64,000 bases of DNA. Origin: Eledone cirrhosa (Eukaryota). Shown piece after piece: positions 63,833 through 64,000 of this stretch. The notes below the pieces were generated by a model that saw only the letters and a program-made list of their open reading frames with translations, did no database searches and had not been told where the DNA came from. The stretch lies in assembly GCA_964016885.1 (NCBI GenBank), contig CAXHJY010001629.1, positions 1 to 64,000 of the forward strand. The letters are read 5' to 3'. The translations under genes and the position numbers were made by a program. Position 1 is the first letter of the stretch. Each line of letters opens with the position of its first letter.

Positions 63833-64000
63833 TTCTTTAAAAATATACCCATCTTTCTACCTTATTTCAAAGTTATTTATTATATTTATTATATTCTACA
63901 TCACTCCTAATTTCTAACCCCTAATCTGTACCTTTTCTCACTGTGCCTAACATAGAAACAATTATTACACAATACACCATATTCTTACTTCATATCACCT

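Overview
AT-rich, microsatellite-dense eukaryotic genomic DNA. The repeat complement resembles a cephalopod (Octopus-like) genome; this is inferred, not proven. One credible host gene is present: a SERTA-domain protein (SERTAD2/CDCA4/taranis family) with a single coding exon at 28955..29815 (+), with candidate upstream non-coding exons and a candidate core promoter. The rest is multi-kb (TA)n-derived arrays, tRNA-derived SINEs, a TTAA/piggyBac-type MITE family (10 copies), RTE, CR1/L2 and R4/Dong-type LINE relics, mariner, pogo and Helitron fragments, and Penelope-like (GIY-YIG) material. The most notable signal is non-coding. A ~316-bp near-perfect palindrome (8754..9069) carries a fully canonical type I hammerhead ribozyme on each strand. 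At least four further hammerhead-like motifs and three further fold-backs, apparently Penelope-derived, are scattered through the window, often next to (TA)n expansions. The very long Y/I/C/V/M ORFs in the ORF track are microsatellite artefacts. Coordinates were read by eye, and boundaries of old repeats are approximate.
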